Shown: piece by piece, positions 1-9,904 of the stretch
Position numbering within the stretch: position 1 is the stretch's first letter
Layout of the letters: every line of letters begins with the position of its first letter
Assembly: GCA_964360855.1 (NCBI GenBank)
Contig: CAYHXV010000002.1
Span: 97-64,096 of the forward strand
Direction: 5' to 3'
Length of the DNA: 64,000 nt
From: an uncultured Candidatus Saccharibacteria bacterium
Lineage (GTDB): Bacteria; Patescibacteriota; Minisyncoccia; Phycocordibacterales; Phycocordibacteraceae
Made by a program: the position numbers and the translations under genes
Notes under the pieces: generated by a model
The model's input: the letters and a program-made list of their open reading frames with translations, nothing else
Database searches by the model: none
Told to the model about the DNA's origin: nothing

Positions 1-238
1 ACGTGTTTATTAATTCAGCCTGAGCTCGGGCGCTAGCAGGGAGCAATGCTCCAATTCGGGCGGCGTTCCGGGCACCGTAGTGCTTGCGGAGGCACGTTCC
101 CGACTGCATACGGCTGTGCGTACTTCCCTATGGTACCCCGTATTCGCAGTACCGATACTGTGGATAGTAGATAAGAAAACACTCTCGCAAGAGGGCAAGC
201 GAGAGCAGAAATTGGGCCTTTATATACATGAAAAATTC

Positions 239-264
239 ACACCCGGGGCTTTCGCTCCGGGTGT
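239..264. terminator. Bidirectional stem-loop (8-bp GC stem, 10-nt loop) with flanking T/A runs; ends the minus-strand gene 289..921
   Basis: acacccgg-N10-ccgggtgt hairpin followed by tgttgtttcg on plus and aattttttcat on minus. Confidence 0.4.
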
Positions 265-288
265 TGTTGTTTCGAACTTCGTGTTCGT

Positions 289-921
289 TCAGATCGCGTC
301 CTCGTAAACAACGACACGGTCCGTATCTTCGAGTCCGTCATTGTCGCCCGCCGCCCACCAGCCCTGATGCATGGTAGAGCTGTTGGAAAGGCCAGAAACT
401 CTGTCGTTGTCGCGGGTGCTCATAAAGATTACCCAGGATTCGGTTTGTCCATGCAGATTCCAGTCGACAGGAATGAAGCGGGGATTATCCGCCAGGAGTT
501 TAAGAACATCTGCCGGGGGATGCGCCTCCGGTTTGAAGTACGCAGCCAGCTCGGCATACGTCTGAACGTCCTTCAGCTCACTGCACCGCAGCACGCCAAG
601 CCGACGTCCATCGTGCCAGAGCGTGTCACCTCGACGCGCAACGGTAGAACTACCAGCGCCGTCAACAGGTGGAAGAATATGCGCCGTATCGACGAGATTG
701 CTCTGTCCCGTGACGAGCTTGCGCAGGTCAGTCCACAGGATCAACGGGTCGACATTGTTGTGACCTGCGAGCAACGCGACCTCGTGTTGTAGAAAGCCGG
801 CCTTCGTCATCAGCGCCTTGAACGCACCAATGTCATCAGCCTCAAACGTCAGTTTCTTTCCCATACCAGGTACCCCTTTCGGTTCTGTGAGTTGATCCAA
901 CCGCACAATACCACAAAACAC
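289..921 (-). CDS. Hypothetical protein (210 aa), no recognised domain
   Basis: Long ORF with its own terminator; composition typical of the rest of the window; start codon uncertain (M1 or internal MGKKL). Confidence 0.45.
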   Translation of the reverse strand: MFCGIVRLDQLTEPKGVPGMGKKLTFEADDIGAFKALMTKAGFLQHEVALLAGHNNVDPLILWTDLRKLVTGQSNLVDTAHILPPVDGAGSSTVARRGDTLWHDGRRLGVLRCSELKDVQTYAELAAYFKPEAHPPADVLKLLADNPRFIPVDWNLHGQTESWVIFMSTRDNDRVSGLSNSSTMHQGWWAAGDNDGLEDTDRVVVYEDAI

Positions 922-943
922 CCTCTATCGCAAGAAATCTAGA

Positions 944-1543
944 TTAGTGCGTATTCGTCTCCATCATCGCCTTCTCAATACCCCCAGAAACAAAGGTACG
1001 GATAGATTGTGCAGACTTCTTGAGCGCCTTCTTGAGTACGGGCTCCTCGGCAGGCGAGAACTTCCCAATGACGTGCTTCACCACCTTTTCTTCACCATTT
1101 GGCTTCTTGGTCTTTCCTTTAGGGGTACTTCCGGATATGCCTATCTTTAGTTGTGCAAACTCTTTGGTCTTGAGTGCACGCATGATGCTCTCCACTCCCT
1201 TGTGTCCACCGCTCCCGCGTCCATAGACGGTCATCTTAAGGGTTCCGAGCGGGAGATCGAGGTCATCGCGCACCACCAGAAGCTTCTTTGCTGCTTTCAC
1301 ACTCTTCACAAATGACGGCGCTGACTTTCCGGATAGATTCATCGCGACCTCAGGAATAACCAAGGTTACCTTCTCTCCGTCTATGTCTCCAATGCACACA
1401 TTCGCGTGTGCCATTTTCTTAAGTACAAAATCTCCCCATCCTTCCTCCTTTGCAAGAAGCTCAAGCGCCATACGTCCGGCATTGTGCCGGGTCTTTGCAT
1501 ATTCTCCTCCTGGGTTACCGAGTCCTATGATGACGAAAGCCAT
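944..1543 (-). CDS. pth: Peptidyl-tRNA hydrolase
   Basis: N-terminus IIGLGNPG..Y..TRHNAG and overall Pth family pattern. Confidence 0.9.
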   Translation of the reverse strand: MAFVIIGLGNPGGEYAKTRHNAGRMALELLAKEEGWGDFVLKKMAHANVCIGDIDGEKVTLVIPEVAMNLSGKSAPSFVKSVKAAKKLLVVRDDLDLPLGTLKMTVYGRGSGGHKGVESIMRALKTKEFAQLKIGISGSTPKGKTKKPNGEEKVVKHVIGKFSPAEEPVLKKALKKSAQSIRTFVSGGIEKAMMETNTH

Positions 1544-2307
1544 TGGGTAATTGTATCAGTCAGTTCCTTCTCGTGCTCGTGAAAGATGTGTGAGGCATGC
1601 GGAACAACCACCTGCGTCGCATCAGGAAATAGCCTGGTGAGAGCTGCTTGTGCTTTGGGTCCAGCCACAATCAAGTCGTCTCCTGCCGAAACAATAAGCG
1701 CAGGCACGTGCACATGCGGAGCATCTTTGCGTGTATCGTATTTGAAATAATCGAGTATCCAGGGCGGATAGAGTGGATTGAAGAACTTCTCCCCTATCTC
1801 TTGTTCTTTCTTCTTTACGATACGTACCACCTTCATCGTCCATCGTATGCGGTCTATCATTCGGTCACTTCGATCGATTCTCCAGGAAATAGCCGGCGCT
1901 ACCAGTACCAGTTTAGATACGACTCCTGGGTGCTGCCGTGCGTAGTGTACGACGCACAAAGCACCCAGACTATGTCCTGCGAGCGCTAAAGGAAGCTTGT
2001 GCCAGTCCTGTTGTGTACAATACGCAAGAACATCCTCCAAGTCTTCAATGAAGCCAGAGGTAGTACTGCTCCAATATGAAGCATCGGGTCCCCGAAGTGC
2101 GTCCGCGCCATCAAAGGTGAGCACCTGATACCCGGCACGCACAATTGCGTTCGCGATAACAAGAATTGTTGGCTGCTCCTTCCACGCAGCAAGTCCGTGC
2201 ATGAGCACCATTGTGCCCCGCACCGTACCCTCAGGTATGCGTAATGTTGCCGGCATGCGTTTGCCGTTTCTATTTAGAAATACAAATTCTCGCACTTCCA
2301 TACGCAC
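1525..2307 (-). CDS. Alpha/beta-fold hydrolase
   Basis: GHSLG nucleophile-elbow motif, HG oxyanion region, about 260 aa; overlaps pth start by 19 nt. Confidence 0.7.
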   Translation of the reverse strand: MRMEVREFVFLNRNGKRMPATLRIPEGTVRGTMVLMHGLAAWKEQPTILVIANAIVRAGYQVLTFDGADALRGPDASYWSSTTSGFIEDLEDVLAYCTQQDWHKLPLALAGHSLGALCVVHYARQHPGVVSKLVLVAPAISWRIDRSDRMIDRIRWTMKVVRIVKKKEQEIGEKFFNPLYPPWILDYFKYDTRKDAPHVHVPALIVSAGDDLIVAGPKAQAALTRLFPDATQVVVPHASHIFHEHEKELTDTITQWLSSS

Positions 2308-2621
2308 TAAAGCTTCGCCATTGCCTCGGCAAACTCCGACTCAGAAGCAACTGGACCCTCAAGTTCCTCAAACGGATTCTCCTGCCAGTACTCTAACGAG
2401 AGCATATTGCGACGAGTGAGTCTCTCGGCGAGATCGAAGTCCCCTTCGGTTACCGTATCAGCAAAGAATGCTACACCACCGGCAAAGATATCTTCCGCTT
2501 CCTTTATTTCTCCGTCTTCACAATCATGTATGCACACGGGACCATATGAAGTTTCGAGTCCAATGTCATTTTCATGTTCTCCCGTGAAGGGCATACCGCA
2601 CGTAATACAGGTGTTCATAGT
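2307..2621 (-). CDS. Zinc-ribbon domain protein (about 104 aa) with acidic C-terminal tail
   Basis: CITCG...CIHDC Cys pairs; stop overlaps the hydrolase start; start chosen at internal MNTCITCG to leave room for the divergent lepB promoter. Confidence 0.4.
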   Translation of the reverse strand, partial: TMNTCITCGMPFTGEHENDIGLETSYGPVCIHDCEDGEIKEAEDIFAGGVAFFADTVTEGDFDLAERLTRRNMLSLEYWQENPFEELEGPVASESEFAEAMAKL

Positions 2622-2675
2622 CACATAATAGCAAAATATTTGACGCGCACGTACAGAAGCATACAATGTGCACAC

Positions 2676-3227
2676 ATGAAGTTCTTCGGCGGCGCAGTAC
2701 GGGAAATTCTTACCTTCATTGTACTTGCCGTCATCATCGTCGTCCCCATTCGCTTTTTTATTGCACAGCCATTTGTAGTGGAAGGTGATTCAATGCATCC
2801 AACCTTTGAAAGTGGTGATTATTTGGTGGTCGATGAGCTCACCTATCGGTTGGGAGAGCCTGAGCGTGGAGACGTGGTCATCTTCCGGTATCCCGGAGAT
2901 CCTTCCGTTTTCTATATTAAGCGCATCATTGGTCTTCCGGGAGAGACCGTACACATAGATGAGGGGAAAACAAGTATTTCAAAGCTTGATGGGAGCACCG
3001 TCATACTAAATGAGACGTATGTGGTTGCAGAAGATGCCACCTACTCACTTGATACCAAGCTTGGTGCTGATCAGTTCTTCGTTATGGGAGACAATAGACC
3101 GCGCAGTAGCGACTCGAGAGTCTGGGGACCTCTTCCACGCAAGGACTTGATTGGGCGCGCGTTCATTCGCCTGCTTCCAACCGCGCACGCCGGCATGCTT
3201 CCGGGCGCTATACAAGGCACACTATGA
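2676..3227 (+). CDS. lepB: Signal peptidase I (minimal, 183 aa)
   Basis: N-terminal TM helix, GDSMHPT Ser box, GDNR..S.DSR box E; start at internal ATG 2676. Confidence 0.85.
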   Translation: MKFFGGAVREILTFIVLAVIIVVPIRFFIAQPFVVEGDSMHPTFESGDYLVVDELTYRLGEPERGDVVIFRYPGDPSVFYIKRIIGLPGETVHIDEGKTSISKLDGSTVILNETYVVAEDATYSLDTKLGADQFFVMGDNRPRSSDSRVWGPLPRKDLIGRAFIRLLPTAHAGMLPGAIQGTL

Positions 3228-4381
3228 GCGCCACAGTCCATAGACCAGACGATATTCTGAAGCGCGCGCACGCCATTGGCACCTATTACGGATTCCGTCC
3301 GCTTTCAGCACTTGCCTATGAAAGACGGGGACAGGGTAGCAAGGCTCCCTATCCAGAGTCCCTGAGCATGGACGCACTAGACGTGACTGCCAAAGAAGTT
3401 GCAGCACTTTTGAAACATGTACGCGACGCAGGACTCACCCCTTCCACCCGTGAGCCGCTCTTCCTCTGGCACACGAACGCCGCTCCAGGGCGCGCAGCTC
3501 CCAAACAGGTCATCGTGCAGTTCCATGTACTTGGCGTGGATCATGCTATTGCAGACGCCGTGCTTATTCGTGCCGTACGTTCCTTGATGCAGGACCTAGG
3601 GAAGGGTGACGTGCGCCTAAGACTCAACAGCATGGGAGACAAAGAAACCCGCACCCGCTTTGCCCGGGAGCTTTCCACCTTCTTCCGCAAGCATGGAGCC
3701 ACTCTCCCTACAGACTGTCTTGAAACCTCAAAAACTGACGCGTTTTCAGCTGCGGAGAAGTTGGCAGGGAACAAAGATGAGTGCGGACTTCTTCCCTCTC
3801 CCACCGATCACCTCTCTGAAGCAAGTCGCAAGCACTTCGAGGCGCTTCTTGAGTACCTTGAAACTACCGATACGCCGTATCAGCTCTCGCCTGAGTTACT
3901 TAGTCGCGGGAGCGCTTGGAGCGACACCTGCTTTGAGCTCTCACTCGAGAACGGCTCGAAGAGTGTTGAAGCCTGGGGCTCACGATACAGCGAGTTCGCC
4001 AAGCACTTCTTTAAATACAACCTCCCGAGTGTAGGAGCCGTTATGCGCTTCACCACCGAAACCCGCGAGGTGATTCCAGCTATGAAGGAGAAGACCTCTC
4101 CCCGCTTTGTGTTTGTACACATTGGAGACGAGGCTAAGCGCGAGAGTATGAAGATGGCAGACGACTTGCGTCGCGCACGCATTCCCCTCACGCAGGCTAT
4201 TGGGATTGCGTCCTTAACTGAGCAGATGCGCTATGCAGATATCATGAACCCGCCCTATCTTCTTATTATGGGACGCAAGGAAGCTCTCGAGCGCTCGGTT
4301 ATTTTGCGAGAGCGTTCAAGCTACACGGAGTCTATTATTCCTTTGGATGGGTTGATTGAGCGGTTGCGGTTGGTTGCCTGA
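3224..4381 (+). CDS. Histidyl-tRNA synthetase-like (class II aaRS/HisZ-like) paralog with degenerate motif 2
   Basis: VRLRLNSMGDKETR..DC (HisRS insertion domain), GSRY..PSVGAVMRF (motif 3-like), C-terminal anticodon-binding-like VFVHIGDEA...LIMGRKE; motif 2 Arg residues replaced (WHTN.. instead of FRHE..); ATGA overlap with lepB stop. Confidence 0.6.
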   Translation: MSATVHRPDDILKRAHAIGTYYGFRPLSALAYERRGQGSKAPYPESLSMDALDVTAKEVAALLKHVRDAGLTPSTREPLFLWHTNAAPGRAAPKQVIVQFHVLGVDHAIADAVLIRAVRSLMQDLGKGDVRLRLNSMGDKETRTRFARELSTFFRKHGATLPTDCLETSKTDAFSAAEKLAGNKDECGLLPSPTDHLSEASRKHFEALLEYLETTDTPYQLSPELLSRGSAWSDTCFELSLENGSKSVEAWGSRYSEFAKHFFKYNLPSVGAVMRFTTETREVIPAMKEKTSPRFVFVHIGDEAKRESMKMADDLRRARIPLTQAIGIASLTEQMRYADIMNPPYLLIMGRKEALERSVILRERSSYTESIIPLDGLIERLRLVA

Positions 4382-4469
4382 ATCTGCGGAAACTTGATAT
4401 TAGTACAGAATGGCGTACAGTGAACGCGAATTGAAATAGCAGCTCTTTTGAGAGCAGAAAGGAATACAA

Positions 4470-4589
4470 ATGTCTGGCAAGAGCTCTAGATATTACGACT
4501 CCATGGGTTGTGCCTTTTTATTGACGTTCATGGTAGTTGGGGCCGGTGTCGCCGTGCTCGTTGGAGTACTTCATCTGATGTTGCAGTGA
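4470..4589 (+). CDS. Possible small membrane peptide (39 aa, one TM helix), unannotated
   Basis: ATG preceded by aaAGGAatacaa; hydrophobic core FLLTFMVVGAGVAVLVGVL; followed by a hairpin; below the 60-aa ORF-track cutoff. Confidence 0.25.
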   Translation: MSGKSSRYYDSMGCAFLLTFMVVGAGVAVLVGVLHLMLQ

Positions 4590-4696
4590 GCTCGGCATCC
4601 AAGACAAGAAGAGTTAAGTGCCCATCGGCCGCTGGTCTGGTGGGCACTTTCTGTATATCTGGACAGGAAACTACTATCTATGCTATTCTCAGCCTA

Positions 4697-4957
4697 ATGA
4701 ATAACGCTACACGCGTAGAGGTAGTTCGCGGCAAGAATGAGAGTTCTGCGTCGTTGCTCCGCCGCTTTTCCCGTCGAGGTCAGGGCCTCGGTCTTGTGCG
4801 TGCCCTTCGCAAGATTCGCTACTACTCACGCACCAAGAGTAAGAACGTGCAGCATATGCGCGCCATGGTTCGTGGAGAGGTCATCAAGACATACAATGAG
4901 CAAGTGAAGCTCGGAAAGATAGATCCAAACGCCCGCCGCACGAAAGGAAAGAAATAA
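4697..4957 (+). CDS. rpsU: 30S ribosomal protein S21
   Basis: 86 aa, basic, LRRFSRRGQ...RKIRYYSRTKSK pattern of the S21 family; start at internal ATG 4697. Confidence 0.8.
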   Translation: MNNATRVEVVRGKNESSASLLRRFSRRGQGLGLVRALRKIRYYSRTKSKNVQHMRAMVRGEVIKTYNEQVKLGKIDPNARRTKGKK

Positions 4958-4960
4958 GAA

Positions 4961-4990
4961 AAGCCCCTCACTCGAGGGGCTTTTCTTATT
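4961..4990 (+). terminator. Rho-independent terminator after rpsU
   Basis: aagcccctc-actc-gaggggctt followed by ttcttatttc. Confidence 0.7.
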
Positions 4991-5051
4991 TCTGCGCCCG
5001 TAGATATGCAGAACCGCCGGGTACCTTTTGGCACCCGGCGGGCAGAATTCC

Positions 5052-5687
5052 TTACGCAGGAAGGAGTTTGAAAAGATCGACGATGGCTGCGGGCGAGCAA
5101 CGACGCAGATACATGTAAGCAGCAACCTTTACTGTCTCGCTTTGGCAGCCTACTTCAGCGAAAGTAACGAAGCGTACGAGCTTTTCGCGAAACTCTCGGT
5201 CTCGAAGGAGCTCAGTACCACCAATGTTTCGCCGAGCTTTCAGGTACTCATCGTGATCTTTAAGAACATCCCGAAGACAGGAGGCCACAACCGAATCAGA
5301 AGACGTATTGAGTCGCGAATTCTGAATGTAATAAGCGAAGCTGCGCTCGAGTTTTTTATTTTCGGTATGCAGCCAGCCAAAAATGAGAAGCTTGGCGAGA
5401 GACTCGGGCATGGGCCGCGTCTGGCCCTTCGTCTGCTCAAACATCCGGAGCGCCACTCGACCACCCAGCTCTGACTCCTTCATTGTTTGAGCGAGTACGC
5501 CGACCAGTACCGGCTCTACTGCTTTCAGGTCGTCGCCGCGTGCATTGACAACAAAGCGAATTTGAGAGGAAAATCCACTCGTAAGATCTCTGGCCATTGC
5601 CAGATCCTTTCTCGTGCCGTAGCACGATCTAAGGTTCAGCCCTCCGTAGAGAGCCTTGGACGGGTCTGTCCGCACAGATACTGCCAC
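5052..5687 (-). CDS. Hypothetical protein (up to 211 aa), start ambiguous
   Basis: Longest ORF in the region, convergent with rpsU; no recognised motif. Confidence 0.4.
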   Translation of the reverse strand: MAVSVRTDPSKALYGGLNLRSCYGTRKDLAMARDLTSGFSSQIRFVVNARGDDLKAVEPVLVGVLAQTMKESELGGRVALRMFEQTKGQTRPMPESLAKLLIFGWLHTENKKLERSFAYYIQNSRLNTSSDSVVASCLRDVLKDHDEYLKARRNIGGTELLRDREFREKLVRFVTFAEVGCQSETVKVAAYMYLRRCSPAAIVDLFKLLPA

Positions 5688-5740
5688 AGTTTGTCAGGAA
5701 CTCAAACTAAAATCTATGCGTACGCTATACTGAGCTTGCT

Positions 5741-6118
5741 ATGAACATACTCGATATTCGCAACCTCACGCGCCAGCGAGCGGTATCGTTCCCTTTTGCA
5801 CGGACTCACGCGCACATACTGCCCTCCTGGGATATATCTCTAGCTTTTGTTGGAAAAGAGCGAGCACAGAGCATGAACAAGTCCTTGCGCAACAAGGACT
5901 ATGTGCCGAACGTCCTCTCGTATGAAACTGGAAAGAACAGTGGTGAGATAGTTATTTGTCTTCTTGAAGCCAAGAAGCAGGCACCCGAGTATGGCATGCG
6001 ATACCCAGAATTCGTTGGTTTTCTCTTTATCCACGGATTGCTTCATTTGAAGGGAGAGCAACACGGGGCTACAATGGAAAAACAGGAACGCTTACTGTTG
6101 AAGCGCTTTATCAGCTAG
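5741..6118 (+). CDS. ybeY: rRNA maturation endoribonuclease YbeY
   Basis: HGLLHLKGEQH zinc-binding H3 motif, about 125 aa. Confidence 0.85.
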   Translation: MNILDIRNLTRQRAVSFPFARTHAHILPSWDISLAFVGKERAQSMNKSLRNKDYVPNVLSYETGKNSGEIVICLLEAKKQAPEYGMRYPEFVGFLFIHGLLHLKGEQHGATMEKQERLLLKRFIS

Positions 6119-6137
6119 TCCTTTTTATTCGTCCACA

Positions 6138-7304
6138 ATGGCACGACGCATCGCTACCGGCATCGACATCGGCACACACCAGACGAAAGTCGTGGTGGTG
6201 GAAGAAGTGTCTACGCCCTCGGGTGCGGAGTTAAAGATTCTCGGAACAGGACTCGCTGAGACCAAAGGAATGCGGCACGGGTACGTGGTGGATGTGGAGG
6301 ATGCAGCCGCTTCTGTGCGTGCTGCCTGCACTCAGGCGGCCACCATTGCACGCCTTCCCATCAAGAAGGGGTTTCTCGCTATTGGGGGCGTGTCTCTGGA
6401 CGAGATACGCGCAGGGGGTGAAACCGTTATCTCTCGAGCAGATCAGGAGATTACTGAACTTGATATTGAGAAGACGCTGGACGCTGCTCGTGAGGCTGCG
6501 CGTCCGGGATTTCTGAATCGCACCGTGCTGCACGAGATACCGCTTGAGTTTCGCGTGGACAATCACCTGTCTCTTGGTTCTCCTCTTGGTATGAAGGGGA
6601 CGCGTCTTTCTGCGGAGTATTTGTTTATTACCTGTTTGACGCAGCACAGTGAGGTGCTCACGCGCGCCACGGAGGCTGCTGACGTTGAGATCATAGACCG
6701 AATGGCCAGTCCCCTGGCGGGGTCCTATGTGACCCTCACTAAGGACCAGAAAATGAAGGGGTGTGTGCTCGCTAACATTGGGGCGGAGACCGTATCTATT
6801 GTGGTATACGATGAAGGACTCCCTATTTCCGTAAAAGTATTCCCTATTGGCTCAACCAATATTACGGACGACCTTGCGCTTGGATTTAAAGTGTCTTTGG
6901 AAGACGCCGAACGTTTGAAACTTGGGCACCTCGGAGGCGCCATGTATCCAAAGAAAAAGATTGAAGAAATTGTGACCGCACGATTTCGCACCATGTTTGA
7001 TTTGATCGATAAACATTTGAAGACATTAGGAAAGCGCGGAAGTCTTCCGGCCGGTATTATTATTTCCGGAGGCGCCAGTGGACAGGGCACCATTAGCGAC
7101 ATTGCAAAAGGTACGCTCAGTCTTCCGTCTCGCATTGCGGATGTGCGCGTGACTGAAGACACTAAAATTCAGGATGCCACCTGGGCAGTTGCATATGGTC
7201 TTGCACTCTGGGGCCTCACCGGAGACACGGAAACGCCAAAACGAGCGCGTGGCGGGGCCTTCATAGAGTCTGCAACACGTTTTTTGAGTCAGTTCTTGCC
7301 GTAA
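6138..7304 (+). CDS. ftsA: Cell division protein FtsA (actin-like ATPase)
   Basis: GIDIGT N-terminal phosphate-1 motif, GGVS/ISGG motifs, about 390 aa, immediately upstream of ftsZ. Confidence 0.85.
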   Translation: MARRIATGIDIGTHQTKVVVVEEVSTPSGAELKILGTGLAETKGMRHGYVVDVEDAAASVRAACTQAATIARLPIKKGFLAIGGVSLDEIRAGGETVISRADQEITELDIEKTLDAAREAARPGFLNRTVLHEIPLEFRVDNHLSLGSPLGMKGTRLSAEYLFITCLTQHSEVLTRATEAADVEIIDRMASPLAGSYVTLTKDQKMKGCVLANIGAETVSIVVYDEGLPISVKVFPIGSTNITDDLALGFKVSLEDAERLKLGHLGGAMYPKKKIEEIVTARFRTMFDLIDKHLKTLGKRGSLPAGIIISGGASGQGTISDIAKGTLSLPSRIADVRVTEDTKIQDATWAVAYGLALWGLTGDTETPKRARGGAFIESATRFLSQFLP

Positions 7305-7335
7305 AGAGGAGCACGTTTTGAATACTTGTCGATAT

Positions 7336-7362
7336 TTGCATCCCTGCAATGCTTGGTATAGT
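7336..7362 (+). promoter_or_regulatory. Putative sigma70-type promoter upstream of ftsZ (TTGCAT-15-TATAGT)
   Basis: Hexamers read directly; 15-nt spacer is short, so low confidence. Confidence 0.25.
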
Positions 7363-7400
7363 AAGGCGAACCTTATTTATTAGGCCCAATTCCCTTTACT

Positions 7401-8651
7401 ATGTCCAAGCGCGTTGAACCAGAAGTCGAGACCTTTGCTCGCATTCGCGTCGTCGGTTGTGGAGGTGGTGGCGGAAATGCCGTAAACCACATGGTGAACT
7501 CCAAGGTGAAGGGGGTGGAATTCATTGCGGTTAACACCGATGCGCAGGATCTGCACCGCTCTTTGGCCAAGCGAAAGATTCATATTGGCCGCAATCTAAC
7601 CAAAGGACTTGGGGCTGGTATGAACCCAGAACTCGGCAAGCGCGCTGCCGAAGAAACCCGCCAAGAGATTCAGGAGGCACTGCAGGGTTCTGACCTTGTG
7701 TTTATCACCTGTGGTATGGGAGGAGGCACGGGTACCGGCGCTGCCCCAGTGGTGGCTAAGATTGCCAAGGAGGTAGGAGCGCTCACCGTTGCTATTGTGA
7801 CGCGTCCCTTCACCTTTGAGGGACTTCAGCGCAAGGAGATTGCTGAGCGTGGTCTCACCGAACTTAAGCGTGAGGTAGACGCATACATTGTTATTCCAAA
7901 CGATAAGCTTCTTTCAATCGTAGAAGCGCAGACAACTGCCAAAACGGCCTTTGCGCTAGCAGATGAAATCCTTCGCCAGGCAGTGGAGGGAGTCTCCGAC
8001 ATCATCACCACACCGGGAGACATCAACACCGACTTTAACGACATCAAGGCCATCATGGAGGGAGCAGGACCTGCTCTCATGGGTATTGGTATTGCAGACG
8101 GAGACCGTCGTGCGCAGGACGCTGCGGCACAAGCCGTTAACTCCCCACTCCTTGATGTATCTATTGCCGGAGCGCGCGGTGTTCTCTTCGTGGTTGCGGG
8201 AAGTGATGATCTTGGAATTCTTGAGGTACAGGAGGCTGCCAAGGTAGTGTCTGACTCCGTGGACAAGGATGCCAAGGTTATCTTCGGTATCATGCGCGAC
8301 GAGAAGCTCAAGAAGGGACAGATTCGCATCATTGTTATTGCCACCGGATTCCCGGACCAGGAAGGACAGGTCTCGCACTCAGCGAGTGAGCGTTCCCTCT
8401 TCTCTCTCCCTATTCCTGAAAAGACGGAAACGCGCGGAAAGATTTTCCACGAGGCGCTCAAGGCTCCAGAACCCGAGCCTGAACCTACTCCAGAGACATT
8501 CCCGGTTATGGAAATGCCCCGCCGAGAGGAGCCTATTGTGACGGCTCAGCCGCAGCGCAGGGAAGAACCGAAGACTATGACGCCTCCCGTTGTTGAGGAG
8601 GAAGATGCGTGGGGAGCGATTCCGAACTTTTTGAAGCGGCATAAGAAGTAG
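7401..8651 (+). CDS. ftsZ: Cell division GTPase FtsZ with long E/P-rich C-terminal linker
   Basis: GGGTGTG tubulin signature, [12 protein letters not shown]-terminal motif, conserved C-terminal peptide after a PEPEPEP linker. Confidence 0.95.
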   Translation: MSKRVEPEVETFARIRVVGCGGGGGNAVNHMVNSKVKGVEFIAVNTDAQDLHRSLAKRKIHIGRNLTKGLGAGMNPELGKRAAEETRQEIQEALQGSDLVFITCGMGGGTGTGAAPVVAKIAKEVGALTVAIVTRPFTFEGLQRKEIAERGLTELKREVDAYIVIPNDKLLSIVEAQTTAKTAFALADEILRQAVEGVSDIITTPGDINTDFNDIKAIMEGAGPALMGIGIADGDRRAQDAAAQAVNSPLLDVSIAGARGVLFVVAGSDDLGILEVQEAAKVVSDSVDKDAKVIFGIMRDEKLKKGQIRIIVIATGFPDQEGQVSHSASERSLFSLPIPEKTETRGKIFHEALKAPEPEPEPTPETFPVMEMPRREEPIVTAQPQRREEPKTMTPPVVEEEDAWGAIPNFLKRHKK

Positions 8652-8664
8652 GTGCTCGATCTAC

Positions 8665-8698
8665 AAAATCCCCGACACATAGGTCGGGGATTTTGTTA
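8665..8698 (+). terminator. Rho-independent terminator after ftsZ
   Basis: aaaatccccgac-acatag-gtcggggatttt then gttata. Confidence 0.7.
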
Positions 8699-8711
8699 TA
8701 CTATCCGAACT

Positions 8712-9638
8712 ATGAACGATCTACTTATCATCGGAGGAGGGCCCGCAGGAATAGCCGCAGGAGTGTACGCAGCCCGAAAGCGCGTGCAGACGGTGCTGGT
8801 AACGCAAGAGATTGGCGGGCAGTCCACCGTCTCAGAAGGAATTGAGAACTGGATAGGCACACCCCGTATTAGTGGCCAGGAGTTAGCGAAGTCTTTGAAG
8901 AGCCACCTGCAGGCATACCAGGGCGATGTGGTGCGTCTAGTTGAAGGAGAGCGGGTGGTTAGTCTGGAACGCGGTGAAGGGGGATTCAAGGCTAGCACAA
9001 GCGAGGGAAAGACATTTGAAGCACGAAGTGTCCTTATCGCTTCAGGAGCAGGGCGTCGAAAGCTTACCGTGCCTGGAGCAGACGAATTTGAGCACAAGGG
9101 ACTCACCTACTGCGCTTCCTGTGACGGTCCCCTGTTTGCCGGACAAGATGTTGCCGTGGTTGGAGGAGGGAACGCAGGGCTTGAGACCGCTGCACAGCTT
9201 CTGGCGTATGCAAAGTCGGTAATCCTCATACATCGCCGCAGTGAATTTAAAGGTGATGCAATTACCCTAGAAAAGATACTTGCCAACGAAAAGCTCACCG
9301 CCCTAACCGATACTGAGCCAGTTGAAGTGCACGGGGATAAATTTGTATCAGGTATGACCGTTAAGAATGTAAAAACAGGAGAAACAATGTTGTTGCCCGT
9401 TACGGGAATATTTGTGGAGGTGGGCGTGATTCCTAATACTAATTTTGCCGAAGGAGTTGTCGAGCTTGATGAGGTGAAGCGTATCAAAGCAGACCCGCGC
9501 AATCAGCGAACGAGTGTGGAGGGCATATGGGCTGCAGGAGACTGCACGGACGAGCTATACCATCAGAACAACATTGCTGCGGGGGATGGGGTGAAGGCAC
9601 TGGAAGATATCTATCAGTGGCTAATGCGGCAAGCATAA
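8712..9638 (+). CDS. trxB: Thioredoxin-disulfide reductase
   Basis: GGGPAG FAD motif, CASC redox-active dithiol, GGGNAG NADPH motif; start at internal ATG 8712 downstream of the ftsZ terminator. Confidence 0.85.
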   Translation: MNDLLIIGGGPAGIAAGVYAARKRVQTVLVTQEIGGQSTVSEGIENWIGTPRISGQELAKSLKSHLQAYQGDVVRLVEGERVVSLERGEGGFKASTSEGKTFEARSVLIASGAGRRKLTVPGADEFEHKGLTYCASCDGPLFAGQDVAVVGGGNAGLETAAQLLAYAKSVILIHRRSEFKGDAITLEKILANEKLTALTDTEPVEVHGDKFVSGMTVKNVKTGETMLLPVTGIFVEVGVIPNTNFAEGVVELDEVKRIKADPRNQRTSVEGIWAAGDCTDELYHQNNIAAGDGVKALEDIYQWLMRQA

Positions 9639-9640
9639 GA

Positions 9641-9672
9641 AAACCGCACCCAGTGGGTGCGGTTTTCTTATG
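9641..9672. terminator. Bidirectional Rho-independent terminator after trxB
   Basis: aaaaccgcaccc-agt-gggtgcggtttt flanked by T and A runs. Confidence 0.7.
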
Positions 9673-9683
9673 AGAACAAGGCG

Positions 9684-9779
9684 CTATACAGCTGCCTCGT
9701 CGCCAGTCTCCATTGCAGGAGCCTCCTCAGCCGGAGCCTCGGGTGCCTCTTCTGCGGGGGTGATTACTTCTTCGTCCAT
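9684..9779 (-). CDS. Possible tiny acidic peptide (31 aa, MDEEVITPAEEAPEAPAEEAPAMETGDEAAV)
   Basis: Minus-strand ATG..TAG ORF directly upstream of the bidirectional terminator; E/A/P-rich; no clear SD. Confidence 0.15.
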   Translation of the reverse strand: MDEEVITPAEEAPEAPAEEAPAMETGDEAAV

Positions 9780-9904
9780 ATGTGTGTTGGAGAATGACTA
9801 TGCCTGCCGCCTTGTGGGCGAAAGACAAAGCCATCCAATGCTTAATTGGCTGGCAAATCGACCTTGTTCAAAGTATAGCAGACTGGGGGTGTCTCGCAAT
9901 CCAA

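Noticed and set aside
1-288. Short ORFs (10..198 minus, 80..307 plus) at the window start
   Set aside because: The region is downstream of the terminator of gene 289..921; the ORFs are short, overlapping and not protein-like; possibly the 3' flank of an off-window gene.
5028-5474. 148-aa plus ORF overlapping the minus gene 5052..5687
   Set aside because: The minus frame is longer and more protein-like, and the plus ORF would start inside the rpsU terminator region; kept only the minus call, at low confidence.
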